The position numbers and the translations under genes were made by a program. The notes beneath the pieces are model-generated. The model worked only from the letters and a program-made list of their open reading frames with translations. It was not told the DNA's origin and did no database searches. DNA of 38,190 bases from Candidatus Bipolaricaulota bacterium (GTDB lineage Bacteria; Bipolaricaulota; Bipolaricaulia; RBG-16-55-9; DRXL01), in NCBI GenBank assembly GCA_026414955.1, contig JAOAIA010000003.1, positions 1 to 38,190 on the forward strand. The letters are read 5' to 3'. This document shows positions 34,361 through 38,190 of the stretch, piece by piece. Each line of letters starts with the position of its first letter. The first letter of the stretch is position 1.

Positions 34361-36213
34361 CAATCGTCCTTCTTCTCGTACTCGGCGTCAATGTACTTTT
34401 CGCCCTTTCCGTCTGAAGATTGCTGCTCCGAGCTTGGCCCGCCGGCAGCCTGAGCACTACTTGCTTGATAGATCTCGCGCCCAAGCTCTAAGCTGACTTC
34501 TTCAAGCTCTTTCATCGCTTGACGGACCTCAGCGATTGGGGCTGGGCTCTTGAGTTTCTCTCGCAGAGCGTCAGCAGCTCGCTGGATGCGGTCGCGCGTC
34601 GCGGCGCTCACTTTGCTCCCGTGCTCTTTGAGAGCTTTTTCAGCCGCGTAGACCATCTGGTCGGCGCGGTTGCGCGTCTCAACTTCCTCGGCGCGACGGC
34701 GATCCTCTTCTTCGTAGCGCTTGGCGTCCTCTTGCATGCGCTTGATCTCTTCGTCGCTCAGGCGCGACTGCTCTTTAATGACTATACTGGCAGACTTCCC
34801 CGTCGCTTTGTCTTTGGCCGTGACGTGGAGAATGCCGTCCACGTCAATGCTGAACGTCACGTCGATCTGCGGGACGCCGCGCGGCGCCGGCGGAATCCCC
34901 GTGAGCTGGAAGCGCCCCAGAGATTTGTTGTCTGCAGCGAACTTGCGCTCCCCTTGCGTGATGTGAATGTCTACGGTCGTCTGGCCGTCCTCAGCCGTCG
35001 TAAACGTCTTGGTGCGCTCGACGGGGATGGTCGTGTTGCGCTCGATAATCGGGGTCGCGATCCCGCCCAGCGTTTCGATAGAGAGCGTCAGCGGGGTCAC
35101 GTCGAGCAAGACGATCTGGTCCACTTCACCGGCGAGCACACCGCCTTGGATCGCTGCTCCCATCGCCACGACCTCGTCGGGGTTGATCTCTTTGTTGAGC
35201 TTGGCCGAGCCGAACATCTCCGCGACGCGCTCTTGGACTCTGGGCATTCGGGTGCTGCCGCCGACTAAGACGACTTGCTGAATCTGTTTGGGCGAGAGCT
35301 TGGCGTCGCTGAGCGCCTGCTCCACGATTCTCATAGTTCTGTCTACCAAGTCGTCGGTGAGGGCTTGGAACTTCGCACGGGTGAGCTTGCGCTCCAAGTG
35401 CTTCGGCCCACGAGCATCCGCAGCGATATACGGCAGATTGATGATCGTCTCGGTCTTGAACGAGAGTTCTTTCTTGGCGGCTTCAGCCGCGTCCTTGAGG
35501 CGCTGCAGCGCCGACAAGTCTTTCGAGAGATCAATCCCCGTCTCGGCTTTGAACTCCGCGATCAGCCAGTCAATGATGCGCTGATCGAAATCTTTGCCGC
35601 CGAGATAGGTGTCTCCCGAGGTAGACTTCACTTCGAAGACGCCGTCGCCGATATCTAAGATCGTGACATCGAACGTTCCGCCGCCCAAGTCATAGACTAA
35701 AATCGTCTCGTCCTTCTCTTTGTCGAGGCCGTAGGCGAGCGACGCTGCCGTCGGCTCGTTGATAATGCGCTCGACTTCCAGCCCGGCGATCTTGCCCGCG
35801 TCTTTGGTCGCTTGGCGCTGCTGCTGATTGAAATACGCCGGCACCGTAATAACAGCTTTAGTGATCTTGAAGCCAAGCTTCTCTTCGGCGTCCTTCTTCA
35901 GTTTCTGGAGGATCATCGCCGAGATCTCTTCGGGGGAATACTCTCTGGTCGTCCCGCCGGCCGTGATCTTGACGCGATAGTCCGTGCCCATCTTGCGCTT
36001 GATCTCTTGCACGGTGCGCTCAGGGTTGGTGATCGCCTGGCGCTTGGCGAGCGTCCCGATCAAGCGTTCCCCGGTCTCGGTGAACGCCACGACCGAGGGC
36101 GTGATGCGCTCCCCTTCGGCGTTGGTGATGATCTCCGGCTTGCCGCCTTCGACGAGTGCTATCGCAGATTTTGTGGTTCCCAAGTCAATACCCACGATTC
36201 TCTCTTTGGCCAT
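34360..36213 (-). CDS. dnaK: Chaperone DnaK (Hsp70)
   Basis: [49 protein letters not shown]. Confidence 0.99.
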   Translation of the reverse strand: MAKERIVGIDLGTTKSAIALVEGGKPEIITNAEGERITPSVVAFTETGERLIGTLAKRQAITNPERTVQEIKRKMGTDYRVKITAGGTTREYSPEEISAMILQKLKKDAEEKLGFKITKAVITVPAYFNQQQRQATKDAGKIAGLEVERIINEPTAASLAYGLDKEKDETILVYDLGGGTFDVTILDIGDGVFEVKSTSGDTYLGGKDFDQRIIDWLIAEFKAETGIDLSKDLSALQRLKDAAEAAKKELSFKTETIINLPYIAADARGPKHLERKLTRAKFQALTDDLVDRTMRIVEQALSDAKLSPKQIQQVVLVGGSTRMPRVQERVAEMFGSAKLNKEINPDEVVAMGAAIQGGVLAGEVDQIVLLDVTPLTLSIETLGGIATPIIERNTTIPVERTKTFTTAEDGQTTVDIHITQGERKFAADNKSLGRFQLTGIPPAPRGVPQIDVTFSIDVDGILHVTAKDKATGKSASIVIKEQSRLSDEEIKRMQEDAKRYEEEDRRRAEEVETRNRADQMVYAAEKALKEHGSKVSAATRDRIQRAADALREKLKSPAPIAEVRQAMKELEEVSLELGREIYQASSAQAAGGPSSEQQSSDGKGEKYIDAEYEKKDD

Positions 36214-36246
36214 AGCAACCTCCTTTGAAGATTCTGCTTGCTTGCC

Positions 36247-36303
36247 CCCTCACCTCTTGTTGCTCCCCTCTCCCTCGGAGGGGGGAGGGGACGGGGGCGA
36301 GGG
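36247..36303 (-). repeat. REP-like palindromic element, copy 2 (inside the grpE 3' end)
   Basis: Reverse complement CCCTCGCCCCCGTCCCCTCCCCCCTCCGAGGGAGAGGGGAGCAACAAGAGGTGAGGG aligns with 26982-27036. Confidence 0.85.
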
Positions 36304-36816
36304 TGAATATCTGCTGACTTTGACCTTGCTGGGGCGCAGCACGCGGCCCGCGCGCTGATATCCCCGCTCGAATTCCTCCAAGACTTTGCCGCCAGCTTCG
36401 GTCGTTTCTACCGTGATCAACGCCTCATGAAGTGCGGGATCGAACGTCTCGCCCAGGGCTACGATGGGCTGGACGCCCTTGCTCGCCAAGAACGTATGAA
36501 ACTGGGCGAAGATGCGCTCGACTCCCTCAATAAAAGAGTCTTTATCGTTGTTCTTGTTAAACGTGCGGAACGCGCGCTCGAAGTTATCATAGATGGGCAA
36601 AATCTCTAACAACAGCGCGTCCTCGAGCCGTCGAAAGAGTTCTTCGTTCTCGCGGGCGATGCGCTTCTTGTAGTTCTCAAAATCCGCGTGAACCCGCTGG
36701 AGTCTCTCGACAAGCTCTTTGTTGTGGCGCTCTTTGGCTTCGAGCGCCGCTTTGAGTGCAGCAAGTTCTTGATTTGTCTCTTGGGTTTGAGTCTGCTCCG
36801 TGTTGGTCTCGTCCAT
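36250..36816 (-). CDS. grpE: Nucleotide exchange factor GrpE
   Basis: ADFENYKKR, LPIYDNFERA, FDPALHEA, GYQRAGRVLRPSKVKV; ATG 36816 with RBS GAGGTG. Confidence 0.97.
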   Translation of the reverse strand: MDETNTEQTQTQETNQELAALKAALEAKERHNKELVERLQRVHADFENYKKRIARENEELFRRLEDALLLEILPIYDNFERAFRTFNKNNDKDSFIEGVERIFAQFHTFLASKGVQPIVALGETFDPALHEALITVETTEAGGKVLEEFERGYQRAGRVLRPSKVKVSRYSPSPPSPPPSEGEGSNKR

Positions 36817-36821
36817 AGTGA

Positions 36822-37850
36822 TCACCTCTGAGCCGTCGCTCGTGAGACGGTCAGGATGGCGCGCAGGCGATTCCCGATATATTGCGTGGTCGAGACGGCC
36901 TTGCTGTAGTCCATGCGCACTGGGCCTAAGACCCCCAGGACGCCATCGTAGCCGTAGTGGAGGCTGATCAAGCTATAGGGGCGCAGCTCGCGCACTGTGT
37001 GCTCTTCGCCGATCACGGTGGTCAACTGGCCGGAGGCGGGCCGCCCTTGGTGGATCGCTTGGATAAATCTATGCTCGTCCTCCAGGAGCATCAGGAGCTT
37101 GCGCGCCTCCTCGATGGCCTCATCCCACGTAAAGACGGTCTTGAGCAGGTGGAGCAGCCCTTCGGTGTAGAGCTGCTGTGTGCTCACGTGGGGAGGGAGC
37201 AACTGTTGCAGCATGAGGCAGGCGTCTTGGGTGACGGGGTCGGCCCAGCCCTCAGGGGAGCTGGCCTGAAGCTGCTCGCAGATAAGCCCCAACCGCTGGC
37301 CGCGAAGAGTGCGATTGAGCAAATTGGCGATCTTGTCGAGCTGTTCTTGGGGGAGCGTCGTGGGGATGACGCGCGACTCGACGATCCCTAAATTCGAGAT
37401 GATGACAGCGAGGGCGTGATCTGAAGCCAATTTCACGAGAGTGATCGACTCGAACTCGGTCTGGTCGAGCCGCGGCGCGAGCACGAACCCCAGATGGCCC
37501 GTCAGGCTCGCCAGTAAGAACGCCGTCTGCTTCAGAAGCTCGTCCAATCGCTGTCTTTGGAAGCCGTAGGCCTCCAAGATCGCGTGCTGTTCTTTGCGGG
37601 CCAGCTCGCTCAGCTCCAGGAGCCAGTCCACGAAGAAGCGATAGCCCTTGGCCGTGGGGATGCGCCCCGAAGAACTCCACGCTTTTGTAATATAGCCGTG
37701 CTTTTCGAGATATTTCATCTCATTGCGAATCGTGGCGGAGCTGACCGACAGCCCGTATTTCTCTAAGATCGTTTGGGAGCTGACGGCCTTGCCCGTACGG
37801 ATATAGTGATCCACGATTTCTTTGAGAATCAATCGCTTCCGCGCGTCCAT
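36822..37850 (-). CDS. hrcA: Heat-inducible transcription repressor HrcA
   Basis: ILKEIVDHYI, VSSATIRNEM, SSGRIPTAKGYRFFVD, GVLGPVRMDY. Confidence 0.97.
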   Translation of the reverse strand: MDARKRLILKEIVDHYIRTGKAVSSQTILEKYGLSVSSATIRNEMKYLEKHGYITKAWSSSGRIPTAKGYRFFVDWLLELSELARKEQHAILEAYGFQRQRLDELLKQTAFLLASLTGHLGFVLAPRLDQTEFESITLVKLASDHALAVIISNLGIVESRVIPTTLPQEQLDKIANLLNRTLRGQRLGLICEQLQASSPEGWADPVTQDACLMLQQLLPPHVSTQQLYTEGLLHLLKTVFTWDEAIEEARKLLMLLEDEHRFIQAIHQGRPASGQLTTVIGEEHTVRELRPYSLISLHYGYDGVLGVLGPVRMDYSKAVSTTQYIGNRLRAILTVSRATAQR

Positions 37851-37876
37851 TAGCAATCACCTTGTGAGTCTGCTAA
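37850..37876. promoter_or_regulatory. CIRCE operator
   Basis: TTAGCAGAC-N9-GATTGCTAA on the minus strand versus consensus TTAGCACTC-N9-GAGTGCTAA, directly before hrcA. Confidence 0.92.
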
Positions 37877-37879
37877 GCA

Positions 37880-37908
37880 ATGATACCAAAGCCGGGGGAG
37901 TTTGTCAA
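37880..37908 (-). promoter_or_regulatory. Sigma70-type promoter of the hrcA-grpE-dnaK-dnaJ operon
   Basis: TTGACA(37908-37903)-17-TATCAT(37885-37880) with TG extension. Confidence 0.85.
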
Positions 37909-37970
37909 CTGGGCGGGCGAGGGCGATTTTTGCTAAGATAGAAAAACAAATTTCGGAAGGATGAAGACCC

Positions 37971-38190
37971 ATGGGAAACGGGAGGGTCGTCTCGATACAC
38001 ATAACAGAGCAAGCTGGTGGACCGATGAAGTTTGTATCAGAAGTGCGCGCGATAGCGGGTCGGGGCTTAGAGGGGGATCGCTATTTTCTGAAGACGGGGA
38101 CGTATTCTCACAAGCCCGGGCCGGATCGCGAGGTGACGCTGATCGAGATCGAGGCGATTGAAGCATTAGAGCGCGACTATGGAGTCAAGC
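37971..38190 (+). CDS. MOSC-domain protein, 3' end runs off the window
   Basis: Hand translation from ATG 37971: MGNGRVVSIHI...PMKFVSEVRAIAGRGLEGDRYF...REVTLIEIEAI; the GLEGDRY and R-x-VTLI motifs are typical of MOSC proteins. Confidence 0.85.
   Translation, partial: MGNGRVVSIHITEQAGGPMKFVSEVRAIAGRGLEGDRYFLKTGTYSHKPGPDREVTLIEIEAIEALERDYGVK

Noticed and set aside
37933-38166. ORF-track calls 37961-38161 (+) and 37933-38166 (-)
   Set aside because: The real gene is in another plus frame starting at 37971 (MOSC motifs) and runs off the window.

Overview
GC-rich, gene-dense bacterial chromosomal window of mostly core genes. The gene content (Omp85/BamA-Skp-FabZ without lpx genes, an Omp-alpha-like rod protein, archaeal-type HerA, class II RNR) suggests a deep-branching lineage such as Bipolaricaulota/Acetothermia; this is inference only. 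In order: partial pepF, a small helical ORF and a HerA-like ATPase (all minus strand); a plus-strand run ispE-nadE-comM/yifB-bamA-skp-fabZ-ftcD-murD with a small leaderless Zn-ribbon gene; a secreted, C-terminally anchored coiled-coil protein; a complete A1-type heme-copper oxidase operon with ctaA/ctaB/DUF420; a metallo-beta-lactamase-fold hydrolase; B12-dependent nrdJ carrying a 392-aa LAGLIDADG intein; mutM; an AbrB/RelE toxin-antitoxin pair; an nfeD-small membrane protein-S8 protease cluster directly downstream of tmRNA; the CIRCE-controlled hrcA-grpE-dnaK-dnaJ operon; and a partial MOSC gene. The strongest novelty candidates are (i) a stand-alone, membrane-anchored paralog of the neighbouring subtilase's own propeptide sitting where NfeD's SPFH partner is expected, (ii) an LPS-independent diderm envelope toolkit (lipidated, stalked Skp; 38-aa-repeat trimeric rod), (iii) a tmRNA with an atypical degradation tag, (iv) unannotated structured RNA candidates, and (v) a dispersed palindromic repeat that forms the C-terminus of GrpE. 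All assignments come from motif recognition by eye; no database searches were run.
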